This document shows positions 1 through 8,792 of a DNA stretch of 64,000 nucleotides, in pieces. The DNA lies in the NCBI GenBank assembly GCA_045655185.1, contig JAZOOS010000034.1, forward strand, positions 84,744-148,743. The letters are read 5' to 3'. Source of the stretch: Eubacteriales bacterium. GTDB lineage: Bacteria; Bacillota; Clostridia; Oscillospirales; CAG-272. A program made the position numbers and the translations under genes. Below the pieces are notes generated by a model, which saw nothing but the letters and a program-made list of their open reading frames with translations, did no database searches and was not told the DNA's origin. Position 1 is the first letter of the stretch. Each line of letters starts with the position of its first letter.

Positions 1-57
1 TTTATTCTTATTGCGGAATTTCAGTGGAGGATGTTATAAAAGCTTTCAAAAAATAAG

Positions 58-88
58 AAAAACGGGAATGAAAAATTCCCGTTTTTCT
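58..88. terminator. Bidirectional intrinsic terminator hairpin 3' of the aldolase gene
   Basis: Inverted repeat ACGGGAAT/ATTCCCGT at 62-69 and 75-82, flanked by an A-run and a T-run. Confidence 0.55.
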
Positions 89-90
89 CA

Positions 91-927
91 TTATGCTTTT
101 CCGCACGAGCCGAAGAGCCGAAGCTTACGAATAACCTCGTTTTTGATCATTTCCATCTTGCGGTTACGGATGGTCAGATAATCTTCGCCGGCATCAAAGC
201 CCTCTGCCATCGCGCGAGAGCCGGCCAAGAGAAGGTCGGTAAAGATGTTGACCTTGGCGATGCCGTTTTTGATCACGTCACGGAAATCGTCGTCGCTAAG
301 ACCCGATCCGCCGTGAAGAACGAGCGGCACGTCGGTAGCGGCGCGGATCTCACGCAAGCGTTGAAGATCCAGCTTCGGCTTGGTCTTGTATGCGCCGTGG
401 GCGGTACCGATGGCGATTGCCAGCGCATCGACTCCGGTAGCTTCTACAAAGCTCGTGGCTTCATCTACCGTGGTATAGCGGTCGGCATCGTCGTGATTGT
501 CTGCCGAGGCAAGACCAACGTGACCGATCTCGGCCTCAACCGAAGCGCCCATCGCGTGGGCGATGCGAACCACCTCACGGGTGTCGGCAATATTTTTGGC
601 GGGGTCGCCGGCGCTTCCGTCGAACATAACGCTCGAGAAGCCAAGCTTTAAGGCTTCCATGCAACGGTCGAAGGTAAGGCCGTGGTCAAAGTGGATAACG
701 ACGGGAACCGTGGCGCGCTTAGCGGCCGCGACAAGCCCGGGGGCGATCAGCGAAAGATCCCCGTAAGGAAGAAGGACCTCAGCCGTACCGATAACGATAG
801 GAGAGCGTTCCTCTTCCGCGGCCGCGATCGCGGCCTCCAACATATCCGAGTCGGTGGTGTTAAAAAGTCCGACGGCGTAGCCTTTCTTCTGGGCGTCCTT
901 TAAGACATCGTTGAGATTTACTAACAT
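91..927 (-). CDS. Class II ketose-bisphosphate aldolase (fructose/tagatose-1,6-bisphosphate aldolase family)
   Basis: 278-aa ORF with class II aldolase motifs HFDHG, MFDGS, EAEIGHVG and LVLHGGSG. SD AAAGGAAG lies upstream. The start overlaps the kinase stop by 7 nt. Confidence 0.85.
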   Translation of the reverse strand: MLVNLNDVLKDAQKKGYAVGLFNTTDSDMLEAAIAAAEEERSPIVIGTAEVLLPYGDLSLIAPGLVAAAKRATVPVVIHFDHGLTFDRCMEALKLGFSSVMFDGSAGDPAKNIADTREVVRIAHAMGASVEAEIGHVGLASADNHDDADRYTTVDEATSFVEATGVDALAIAIGTAHGAYKTKPKLDLQRLREIRAATDVPLVLHGGSGLSDDDFRDVIKNGIAKVNIFTDLLLAGSRAMAEGFDAGEDYLTIRNRKMEMIKNEVIRKLRLFGSCGKA

Positions 928-1928
928 ACGTTTTTCTTCCTTTTATAAAGTTTTTCAAGCTCCAAAAGCTCGTTGAGTGGGCGCATACCGCTTATCGAAT
1001 CGGCGGCCGAGAGATTGGCGGCGGCGCAAAGCGACCCAAGCGAAAGGATCTCTTCGTCGGTATAACCGTGCAAAAGCCCGTAAAGAGAACCGGCGCAGAA
1101 GGCATCACCCGCCCCCGTTGCCCCCACGATATATCCCTTCGGCAGATCGAGGGAGGGGACGGCGGTGAATTTTCCGTCCTTGCTAAGGCAGGTGCCAAGC
1201 ATCGGGCAGTGGAGGATAACCTTTTCCCGAACGCCCATATCCAAAAGGCGGGCGGATATCGTTCGTAAAGTTCCTTTGTCGATTTTTCCTTCTTCAAGCG
1301 TAACACCGGCAATTTTTGCGGCCTCTACCTCGTTGATGATCAGATGATCAACGTACGGAAGGGCGGGCGCTACGACGCTTTTATAGCGGTCGCTCGGTTC
1401 GCTGATAAGGTCGATCGAGGTCGTGATCCCACGCTCCTTTGCCTTGGCAAGCAAACGCGCGGCGCGGCAACCGAACTCTTCATCATAGCGATCCAGCGTA
1501 TCGAGTAAAAGCAGATAACCGAGGTGAAGATGCGTGGGTGCCAACGCGTCAAAATCAAAATCGTCAACGTCCAGCTCCGCATTGGCGCCGGGCAGGGTAA
1601 AGAAGGTGCGCTCTCCCCCCAGAATACTCATCGCGTCGGTAAAGCTCGTCGGGGCGCTGTCGCTTACAAGAAGGTGCGAAACGTCAAGCCCCGCTTTTTC
1701 CATTTCCGCCTTCACGAAATCGCCGTACTCGTCTTTGCCGATCTTACCGAAAACGGTGACCTTAAAATCCTTGTCCAGCTTTGCCATATCAATGGCGGTA
1801 TTGGGAACGGCGCCCCCCACGCTGCGGGAGACCGATGAGATCTGTACCAGCTTTCCGACCTCGGGATAAAGCGGTATGGTCTTAATGGCATCGACGAGGA
1901 TCGTGCCTGCGATCACAAGCTTTTTCAT
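921..1928 (-). CDS. PfkB-family carbohydrate kinase
   Basis: 335-aa ORF with the ribokinase/PfkB signature GATGAGDAFCAG near the C-terminus and SD GAAGGA upstream. Confidence 0.8.
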   Translation of the reverse strand: MKKLVIAGTILVDAIKTIPLYPEVGKLVQISSVSRSVGGAVPNTAIDMAKLDKDFKVTVFGKIGKDEYGDFVKAEMEKAGLDVSHLLVSDSAPTSFTDAMSILGGERTFFTLPGANAELDVDDFDFDALAPTHLHLGYLLLLDTLDRYDEEFGCRAARLLAKAKERGITTSIDLISEPSDRYKSVVAPALPYVDHLIINEVEAAKIAGVTLEEGKIDKGTLRTISARLLDMGVREKVILHCPMLGTCLSKDGKFTAVPSLDLPKGYIVGATGAGDAFCAGSLYGLLHGYTDEEILSLGSLCAAANLSAADSISGMRPLNELLELEKLYKRKKNVC

Positions 1929-1958
1929 AAATATTCCTTCAAGGCTCGGTAAAGGCGA

Positions 1959-2903
1959 TCAGTTGGTATCCGAGGTAAGGGGACCCGCCAGCTCCTTCAT
2001 AAAGAAGAGCTTGCCGGGGATGGTGGGAATAAAGCTTGAGGTAATGTAACGGGTGGGGGTGTAGCGAAGCGTCATCCAGAAGCTCATGCCCTGCCATTGC
2101 ATCCCGCGGGAAAGCACGCCGTCTGCCCCACCGATCGCGTAATCGGCCGAGAACATAAGGGCGGGCCCGATGGTGTTGGCGAAGCAGGGGATCATTGTGG
2201 TACGGCTGCGGAAGGAGGTAATGGCGTTCTGCTCAATGGTTAGGGGGTGCAGCTTAACGCCGATGCGGTAGGGCTGCTTCTTCCATTCCTCGTCGCTATC
2301 GAATTCGGCGCCGATCGTCGGTTCCCAGAACGCGATGTGGCAGGCGCGGCCGATACCGTAAACCAGAACCAGCTTTGCCCCCTCTGCGCGAAGGGCGCCG
2401 ATTTTTTCGGGGTAAGTCGGCAGGTTATCCTTGGTGGCGAAATTGCGTTGGCAGACAGGTACGGTCAGCTCACCGAGCGGATTGTAGAAGGCGTTTTCCA
2501 TCGCGCTCTGGAACGAGGCCTCGCCCGTGATGGTGTTGCCCTCGCTATCGGCCCATTCGTCCATATTGAAGCAATGAACGTGCTTGCAATCCTGGTTCCA
2601 TTCCTTCAGGAAATACACGGCCCATTTATACATACCCATAGGACCTACGGGCAGGATAAAGACGATCTTTTTGCCGGCATCGGCGGCCTTTTTGATCTCG
2701 TTGGCGATCTCGTGACCCATTTTTACGTTGAATTCTTCGAGATCGTTGCACATAATTGGCGAGAAGCCCTCGTTCCAGAAGGCCTGACGGTCAAGCACCT
2801 CTTCGGGCTTATGGCTGCAGCACTCGTCGATCTTTTCCATATCCCATCCCTTGGGATAGAAGTTTTCCAGAAGGCTTCCTTTGACAGTAGAATTAAAATC
2901 CAT
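1959..2903 (-). CDS. Glucosamine-6-phosphate deaminase/isomerase-like protein (NagB / 6-phosphogluconolactonase superfamily)
   Basis: 314-aa ORF. The pattern [14 protein letters not shown]...[10 protein letters not shown] matches the NagB-family xTGxTP...FxxDEx layout. SD AGAGGAG lies upstream. Confidence 0.65.
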   Translation of the reverse strand: MDFNSTVKGSLLENFYPKGWDMEKIDECCSHKPEEVLDRQAFWNEGFSPIMCNDLEEFNVKMGHEIANEIKKAADAGKKIVFILPVGPMGMYKWAVYFLKEWNQDCKHVHCFNMDEWADSEGNTITGEASFQSAMENAFYNPLGELTVPVCQRNFATKDNLPTYPEKIGALRAEGAKLVLVYGIGRACHIAFWEPTIGAEFDSDEEWKKQPYRIGVKLHPLTIEQNAITSFRSRTTMIPCFANTIGPALMFSADYAIGGADGVLSRGMQWQGMSFWMTLRYTPTRYITSSFIPTIPGKLFFMKELAGPLTSDTN

Positions 2904-2928
2904 TTTCTTTCTCCTCTATTTAAATTTA

Positions 2929-3636
2929 TTACGGCAGTAATCGCTTCGTGGTGCCCTTTAAGTAAACCTGACAGGGGCGGAAGCCCTCGGCGTATTCGGC
3001 GCCGCACTGGTATCCGCGATAGCGTGAGCAGGTTTTTACCATATCGGGGAAGTCAATGTGATCGTGGTCACGCATCCATTTGATCTGTGAGACATGGCAT
3101 TCCAGCATTTCGAGCTTTTTATCAATGTAAGGTGTGATATCGACGTACTCGGTGGGGTTGAAGTCAAGCCCTGCCAGTGTGTCCATGTAATAAATAGGTA
3201 CGAGATTGGCAGCCCCGACGATCCCGGATTTATATGAGGGGCAGGTGGCGGCAAATGCTGCATCAAACACCAGCTTCGAAACCGAGGTATGATCGGGCAT
3301 ATAGTCGTTGGGTGCATGGGTGATGATCAGATCGGGCTGTGTGTAACGAATGATATCAACCATCATATCTCTTGCGCGGCGGTTGTTTTCAAAGATTTCA
3401 AGATCGTGAAAGCCACCCCACAAAACCTCTTGGTAGCCCGCAAGCCTTCCTGCGGCTTTAGCTTCCTCTTTCCGAATTTCTGCCAGCTCATCGGGCGGGA
3501 TGATAACGTGCCCAAGATTTCCGTCGCTCGCATGGCAAACAAAGACCTTGTCGCCCCGCTCGACGCATTTAAGAAGAGTGCCGGCGCAGGCAATTTCAAT
3601 ATCGTCGGGATGGGTGCCGACAGCAAGAATATTCAT
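2929..3636 (-). CDS. PIG-L/LmbE-family N-acetyl-sugar deacetylase
   Basis: 235-aa ORF with the N-terminal motif AVGTHPDDIEIACAGT and a later PDH metal-ligand region. SD AAAGGAG lies upstream. Confidence 0.8.
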   Translation of the reverse strand: MNILAVGTHPDDIEIACAGTLLKCVERGDKVFVCHASDGNLGHVIIPPDELAEIRKEEAKAAGRLAGYQEVLWGGFHDLEIFENNRRARDMMVDIIRYTQPDLIITHAPNDYMPDHTSVSKLVFDAAFAATCPSYKSGIVGAANLVPIYYMDTLAGLDFNPTEYVDITPYIDKKLEMLECHVSQIKWMRDHDHIDFPDMVKTCSRYRGYQCGAEYAEGFRPCQVYLKGTTKRLLP

Positions 3637-3753
3637 ACACTATCTCCTTTGCGTATACTTCAAATTAATTATACTATTTTATAAAAAAGAAAACAAGTAA
3701 AAATAGTCCTGTTTTAGAGTAAAAAAATCTTTTTAAAAAAAGCAAAGAGTATA

Positions 3754-3782
3754 TTGCACTTATCTGCGTTTTGATATATACT
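3754..3782 (+). promoter_or_regulatory. Sigma-A-type promoter TTGCAC-N17-TATACT for the AraC gene
   Basis: Hexamers at 3754-3759 and 3777-3782. ATG 3789 lies 7 nt after the -10 and has no SD, consistent with a leaderless mRNA. Confidence 0.5.
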
Positions 3783-3788
3783 GTTGAT

Positions 3789-4682
3789 ATGGAAACGACA
3801 AAAAGAGTAAAATATTACAGACACAAGATCGAAAACCTTCTGCGCATATCGAAGATCGTCACCATTCATTATTTTGAATTTGATAAAAATTTTTCCTCGG
3901 AGGGGGAAACGCACAATTTCTGGGAAATGGTGTACGCCGATAGCGGTGAAGTGATTTGCCTGGCAGACGACAAGACCATCGTTTTAAGGGAGGGGGAAGC
4001 GGTCTTTCATCGCCCCGGGGAATTTCACCGCCTTTCCTCGAACGGAAAATCTGCGCCTAACGTTTTCGTTGCTTCGTTTGAATGTATGTCGGAATCGATG
4101 CGCTTTTTTGAAAAGCGGCGGATGAAGATCCCCAAAGCGCTTCGAAAATACATTTATGGGATCTATGAGGAGGCAAGTGCTACCTTCCAGATCCCCTTAA
4201 GTGACCCGTTCTCCAAGAAGATGGAGCTCTTACCAAGCCCTGCGCTTGGTGGCATGCAAATGTTAAAAAATCAGCTGGAAATGCTTTTGATCGCCTTGAT
4301 GAGAAGCGAAAGCGGAAAGGATACCGAAACGCGCTTTCTTCGCTTTGACGAGGTGGGGGATTCGATCGCCTCGCGCATCCTTGCGGTACTGGAGGAAAAT
4401 CTTACCCGTGGACTGTCGGTTGACGAGATCTGCGAGGGAATCACGTACAGTCGCTCATATATTTTCAAGCAATTCAAGGCTGCTACCGGTAAAACCATCG
4501 CCGATTGCTATAACCGTATGAAGATCGAATACGCGCGCCGCCTGATCCGCGAAAACAAGCTGAGCTTTTCCGAGATCGCCGAGCTTTTGCATTTCGATTC
4601 TTCCAATTATTTTTGTAAAACCTTTAAGCGGTATACAGGTGTTACCCCGAAGGATTACCGCGCAAGGTACCGTAAAGAATAA
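3789..4682 (+). CDS. AraC-family transcriptional regulator (cupin sensor + HTH)
   Basis: The ORF track begins at TTG 3771; ATG 3789 is preferred. The C-terminal AraC HTH reads ...SNYFCKTFKRYTGVTPKDYR. The gene is divergent from the sugar module. Confidence 0.85.
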   Translation: METTKRVKYYRHKIENLLRISKIVTIHYFEFDKNFSSEGETHNFWEMVYADSGEVICLADDKTIVLREGEAVFHRPGEFHRLSSNGKSAPNVFVASFECMSESMRFFEKRRMKIPKALRKYIYGIYEEASATFQIPLSDPFSKKMELLPSPALGGMQMLKNQLEMLLIALMRSESGKDTETRFLRFDEVGDSIASRILAVLEENLTRGLSVDEICEGITYSRSYIFKQFKAATGKTIADCYNRMKIEYARRLIRENKLSFSEIAELLHFDSSNYFCKTFKRYTGVTPKDYRARYRKE

Positions 4683-4684
4683 AA

Positions 4685-4713
4685 AAAGCAGCCTGTTCGG
4701 CTGCTTTTTTTGG
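4685..4713. terminator. Bidirectional terminator between araC-like and rpmF
   Basis: Hairpin GCAGCC-tgtt-CGGCTGC flanked by A7 and T7 runs. Confidence 0.7.
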
Positions 4714-4714
4714 C

Positions 4715-4909
4715 TCATTTTGCGGTGGTTGCGTCTTTTTCAACGATGACCTCACCGTCATACGCGCCGCACTTTCTGCAAACGCGATGGGAAAGGATCA
4801 GGGCGCCGCACTTCGAGCATTTCGTAAGGGTGGGCAGGGAAAGCTTCCACGTGCTGGAACGTCTTTTGTCTCTGCGAGCCTTCGATTGTCTTCTCTTCGG
4901 AACTGCCAT
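4715..4909 (-). CDS. rpmF: 50S ribosomal protein bL32
   Basis: 64-aa ORF with the MAVPKRRQSKARRDKRR N-terminus and a CxxC...CxxC zinc ribbon. Confidence 0.95.
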   Translation of the reverse strand: MAVPKRRQSKARRDKRRSSTWKLSLPTLTKCSKCGALILSHRVCRKCGAYDGEVIVEKDATTAK

Positions 4910-4973
4910 TGTTCTACACCTCCTTGGTTATAAAAGCACTTGTATTATTTATTTAAAATTTCTTTGCTATCGA

Positions 4974-5531
4974 TCATTTATTTTCCGCTTCTTCTTTTTT
5001 CAGCTGCTCAAGCAACTTGGAAAGGGGGCCTGCCAAGCGGGGGTCGGGCGTATTCGTTTTGCAATTGCAGGGGCCGTCGTTCAGGTTCTTTCCGCAACGG
5101 GGGCAAAGCCCCTTACAATCGGTTTGACATAGGATCTTAGACGGGAAATGAAGCTCGAGCGTGTCAGAGATCAACTCGTTCATATCCAAAAAGCCGTCTT
5201 CGGTCACCAAATACTCGTCTAACGCCTCTTCGTCAATATCCGCGGCCTCTTTCGGTGTAACGATCGCGCGCTCGACCGTAAAGGAGAGCGTATCGTTTAC
5301 CTCGGAAAGGCAACGGGCGCAGGAAGCGCTGTACGCCGCCGAAAGGGTAAGCGTAAGATGAATGTAGCCCGCGTTGTTCACGATCTCGCCGTTTATGGCA
5401 AGCGGGGCGGAGAAGTCTACTTCATAAAGGGGGCTTAACGAATTTTCTTCTTCCTTTTTTCTTTCCAGCGTGAAGGAAAGGGGAAGAGTGCGGATCTCTC
5501 CCGCCAGAAGCGAACGAAGGTCAATTTTCAT
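4974..5531 (-). CDS. yceD: YceD/DUF177-family protein (ribosome-associated, upstream of rpmF)
   Basis: 185-aa acidic ORF with the C-terminal Cys cluster CQTDCKGLCPRCGKNLNDGPCNC and conserved synteny with rpmF. Confidence 0.8.
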   Translation of the reverse strand: MKIDLRSLLAGEIRTLPLSFTLERKKEEENSLSPLYEVDFSAPLAINGEIVNNAGYIHLTLTLSAAYSASCARCLSEVNDTLSFTVERAIVTPKEAADIDEEALDEYLVTEDGFLDMNELISDTLELHFPSKILCQTDCKGLCPRCGKNLNDGPCNCKTNTPDPRLAGPLSKLLEQLKKEEAENK

Positions 5532-5587
5532 ACTACCTCTACGCTCTAAAAAGCAAAATTTAAGCTACGTTGCAGAGCGTACAAATC

Positions 5588-5616
5588 ATTATACCGAATT
5601 ATCTTTTAAAAGTCAA
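5588..5616 (-). promoter_or_regulatory. Consensus promoter TTGACT-N17-TATAAT for yceD-rpmF
   Basis: On the minus strand, the -35 is at 5616-5611 and the -10 at 5593-5588. Confidence 0.6.
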
Positions 5617-5704
5617 TAGAAAAAACAAAAAATAATCGGCGAAAAGTAAAGTTTTTCTTTTGAAACCGCTTCCTCTGTTCTTAGCCGCGCCGCGTATTTT
5701 CCGT

Positions 5705-5733
5705 TTGACAGCGAGAAAAAATTATGTTACAAT
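5705..5733 (+). promoter_or_regulatory. Promoter TTGACA-N17-TACAAT with TGn extended -10
   Basis: Hexamers at 5705-5710 and 5728-5733, about 28 nt upstream of ATG 5761. Confidence 0.6.
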
Positions 5734-5760
5734 AAAAGAAATGAAATCAAAGGGGACGCT

Positions 5761-6384
5761 ATGAAGATCGCCGAAAAAATAATCAAGGGACTTATTTTGC
5801 TTTTGATCTTTTCGATCATTGGCTTTGTTATCTTTCGTATATGGCTCTCTTCCTATTATCCAAAGGAAGCAAGAGGCTTGATCTTTACCGAGAGCTTGAC
5901 GGAATACTATGAAGAGCGGGGGGGCGTGGACGCAAAGACCCAAGCGCTTCGTTTTGATTACGATGATTCGAAGGAGGGGTACTTCTTCGCGGGTGAATTG
6001 GTCGTTGTGCCAGAGGCGGGGGCTTTGCAGATCAGCGTTCGCTATAACGACAGTACGGTCGATGCTCTTCGTGAAAAATATCCCGATAGCTTTTCGGGGG
6101 AGGGGGAAGCTCCCTTTGAATTCTGCTTGGTCGGCACCCCGCCTGAGGAAGGGGCAAGCGGCCCCTCTTATCGCCCTGTCGAAAGTAAGCCCTCGCGTTT
6201 TCTGATGTATAACTATGAACGGCTTTGCTTTGACGGCGTTGATTTTACCGATATGCCTTGGCTGCGTATCGAGGTCTATCTGCCCGGGGAAGAAAAGGCG
6301 ATCTGTACGCTTCTCGTCTATGAAAACCATGCGGAGTATAACGCCTTTTCGTCCTATTCCGTAAAAAGATCGGAGATGCCGTGA
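5761..6384 (+). CDS. Hypothetical membrane-anchored protein (one N-terminal TM helix)
   Basis: 207-aa ORF with SD AAAGGGGA upstream and the hydrophobic segment LILLLIFSIIGFVIF. The antisense 202-aa ORF has no SD. Confidence 0.7.
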   Translation: MKIAEKIIKGLILLLIFSIIGFVIFRIWLSSYYPKEARGLIFTESLTEYYEERGGVDAKTQALRFDYDDSKEGYFFAGELVVVPEAGALQISVRYNDSTVDALREKYPDSFSGEGEAPFEFCLVGTPPEEGASGPSYRPVESKPSRFLMYNYERLCFDGVDFTDMPWLRIEVYLPGEEKAICTLLVYENHAEYNAFSSYSVKRSEMP

Positions 6385-6932
6385 TGGAATACCGCTACGC
6401 CCCGAAGCCGCAAAATAAAAAAGCTTCGCTTCTCGTATCTTCGCTTGCCGCCCTTGCGCTGCTTTCGATCGTCGGATCTATGACGGGATACGGGCCGCAA
6501 TCGCTTTGGCAATCGGCCTGCCTTCTTTTTGTCAGCTTTTCGATGTTCTTCTGGTTCCGCTTTTTCGCCACGAAGTATCTGTATACCGTTACCGACGCGT
6601 ACGGCGCGCCGACGCTGATCGTGACGAGCGTGCAAGGCAAGCGTATCTCTACGCTCTGCCGTGTTGAGCTTTACCGTCTTCTTGAAATCGAAAGCATCGA
6701 AAACGCCGAAAGCGAAGAGGGAAAAGCCGCTCTTGCGCGCTTTCGGTCGACCGCCGCCAAATATTCGTATATGGCAACGCTTTCGCCCAAAAGCCTTCAG
6801 ATCCTTTATGGCGAAGAGGAAGGGCGCCCCTTTGCCGTGCGGCTGGAAGCGGACGGCGGCTTTCTCGCCGCTCTTCGTGAAGCGACCGAGCAAGCAAAAC
6901 GCCAAAAGCAAGAGGAAAATGACGATGAATGA
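6384..6932 (+). CDS. Hypothetical membrane protein (two TM helices + soluble domain)
   Basis: ATG 6384 overlaps the upstream stop (TGATG). TM segments are LLVSSLAALALLSIV and ACLLFVSFSMFFWF. The 3' end overlaps the cdd start. Confidence 0.65.
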   Translation: MEYRYAPKPQNKKASLLVSSLAALALLSIVGSMTGYGPQSLWQSACLLFVSFSMFFWFRFFATKYLYTVTDAYGAPTLIVTSVQGKRISTLCRVELYRLLEIESIENAESEEGKAALARFRSTAAKYSYMATLSPKSLQILYGEEEGRPFAVRLEADGGFLAALREATEQAKRQKQEENDDE

Positions 6933-7320
6933 AGAAACAAAGAAAAAGCTGATCTCATTGGCCCTTGAAGCGAAAAAGAAGGCCTACGCCCCCTATTCCC
7001 GCTTTTCGGTCGGGGCGGCCCTTCTGTGCCGTGACGGGGAGATCTATACCGGCGTTAATATCGAAAACAGCTCCTATTCCGCCACCGTATGCGCCGAGCG
7101 TACCGCCCTTTTCTCCGCTATTGCCGCGGGGAAGCGCGCGTTTTCGGCAATCGCGATCGTGGGGGGAGAAGAAAACGCCCCCTGTTTCCCTTGCGGGGTC
7201 TGCCGTCAGGTGCTTTGCGAGTTCGCGGGGGAGGATTTCACGGTTCTTTTAATGAGGGGAGAAGAGATCGTTGAGAAGAAGCTTTCCGAGCTGCTTCCCT
7301 TTGCCTTCCGCCTCTTTTGA
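6919..7320 (+). CDS. cdd: Cytidine deaminase
   Basis: Zinc-ligand motifs CAERTA and PCGVCRQ. The long ORF 6661-7320 has an implausible N-terminal extension, so ATG 6919 is chosen. Confidence 0.9.
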   Translation: MTMNEETKKKLISLALEAKKKAYAPYSRFSVGAALLCRDGEIYTGVNIENSSYSATVCAERTALFSAIAAGKRAFSAIAIVGGEENAPCFPCGVCRQVLCEFAGEDFTVLLMRGEEIVEKKLSELLPFAFRLF

Positions 7321-7343
7321 TACGAAAAACAGTTAAAAAAACG

Positions 7344-7376
7344 AAAAAGGCGAATTTTTGGAATTCGCCTTTTTTA
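7344..7376 (+). terminator. Intrinsic terminator after cdd
   Basis: Hairpin GGCGAATT-tttgg-AATTCGCC followed by T6. Confidence 0.75.
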
Positions 7377-7502
7377 TGTTGGAGTGCTTGTAATAGAGCA
7401 ATCGCTTTTAGCTTAACCCTAAAGTGCCTAAAACAAACCGCTTGCCCGAAAAAGCAGTGAAAGAAAAAACACGGATTTTGATGAAAAACTTTAGCTTTCC
7501 CC

Positions 7503-7531
7503 TTGAAAAAAACGCACAATAGTGATATACT
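7503..7531 (+). promoter_or_regulatory. Promoter TTGAAA-N17-TATACT
   Basis: Hexamers at 7503-7508 and 7526-7531, upstream of the acyltransferase gene. Confidence 0.5.
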
Positions 7532-7569
7532 GTTTTCATTAAATAATATGATGGACGGCTCTGGACGGT

Positions 7570-8760
7570 ATGAAAAGAAAAGAAGACAAAAAAATCGGAA
7601 AACCATCCCGCCTTCTTTGGTTTCTTGCTTTTTTGGTGCTTTATCCCTGGTATCGCTTTCGCTATCGCGCCTCTTTTGTAAAAAAAGGCGTCAAAGCGAT
7701 AAAAGGGCCCGCCCTCGTGCTTTGCCCGCATACCGCGATATGCGACCCGTTTATCATCGGGGTCGCGCTGTATCCCGCGCGGCCGAACTACGTTGCCAGC
7801 GCCCACGTTCTTGCCAAGCCGCTTTTTCGCCGTCTTTTATCCTTCGTGCATATCATTCCCAAGCGGATGTTTACCAAGGATATCAGTACGGTTCTGAATA
7901 TTCGCCGCGCCATGCGCGAGGGGAACGTTGTCGTTCTCTTTCCCGAAGGGCGTCTTTCCTGCTGGGGGCAGTCGCTTCCGCTTATAGAAGGGACGGCCGA
8001 TATGGTCGCCCGCTTGGGCGTGCCCGTCTATAAGGTCGTCAATAACGGGGCGTATCTCACCTTCCCGAAATGGGGAAAATATCCCCGCGTCGGTAAGATC
8101 CGCGTGGAAACCAGCCTTCTTTTTGAAGAAAACGAGCTGAAGGGTCTTTCGGTCGAAGAGATCCGATGCCGCCTTGAAGAGGCGCTGTGCCATAACGATG
8201 AGCGGGCGATGGCGGGGCAGACCTACCGTTGCCGCGATATCTCGGCGGGGGTCGACGGTATCCTTTACCGCTGTCCCGTCTGCCAAAAAGAGGGGACGAT
8301 CGGCGCCAAGGGCGGAAAGATCTTTTGCGATTGCGGCTTTTCCTGCACGCTTAATCGCGACTACACCCTTACGGGCGCCCCCTTCGCTTCGATCGACGGC
8401 TGGTACCGTTGGCAGGAAGCGTGCTTAGACCTTGATACCCCCTTAAAAAGCGCCGTTACGGTCGGAAGCCCCGATGAAAAGGGCGATATGAAAGACGGTG
8501 CGGGGGGTGGCGAGATGACCCTGACAAGGGAGAGCTTTTCCTTTAACGGCGAGGTGTTCGGCAAGCCGCTTTCCTTTACGTTAAAGCTTTCGGGGCTTGG
8601 ATTTCCGGTTACGGTCTCGCATCATTTTGACGTTTATTATGAAAACAAGCTTTATTGCATGCAGCCCCTGCCCGATCGGCGCATCGCCGTAAAATGGGTA
8701 AGCTTTCTCGACAAGGTGAACGCCGAAGAAGCCAAAAAGGCGCTTACCCCTATGCCTTAA
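7570..8760 (+). CDS. Lysophospholipid (PlsC-like) acyltransferase with C-terminal zinc-ribbon domain
   Basis: 396-aa ORF with the HxxxxD motif (HTAICD), the FPEGR block, and a later CPVCQ...CDCGFSC. Confidence 0.75.
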   Translation: MKRKEDKKIGKPSRLLWFLAFLVLYPWYRFRYRASFVKKGVKAIKGPALVLCPHTAICDPFIIGVALYPARPNYVASAHVLAKPLFRRLLSFVHIIPKRMFTKDISTVLNIRRAMREGNVVVLFPEGRLSCWGQSLPLIEGTADMVARLGVPVYKVVNNGAYLTFPKWGKYPRVGKIRVETSLLFEENELKGLSVEEIRCRLEEALCHNDERAMAGQTYRCRDISAGVDGILYRCPVCQKEGTIGAKGGKIFCDCGFSCTLNRDYTLTGAPFASIDGWYRWQEACLDLDTPLKSAVTVGSPDEKGDMKDGAGGGEMTLTRESFSFNGEVFGKPLSFTLKLSGLGFPVTVSHHFDVYYENKLYCMQPLPDRRIAVKWVSFLDKVNAEEAKKALTPMP

Positions 8761-8792
8761 TACGTATTTTATTCTGGGAGGAAAAAACATAT

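Noticed and set aside
5722-6330. A 202-aa minus-strand ORF competing with the 207-aa plus-strand gene.
   Set aside because: The plus-strand gene has a consensus promoter, an SD and a clean TM helix. The minus ORF has none of these.
6661-6918. An 86-aa N-terminal extension of the cdd ORF (the full ORF is 6661-7320).
   Set aside because: The extension overlaps the better-supported 183-aa membrane protein in another frame and is basic and low-complexity. Cytidine deaminase homology starts at ATG 6919.
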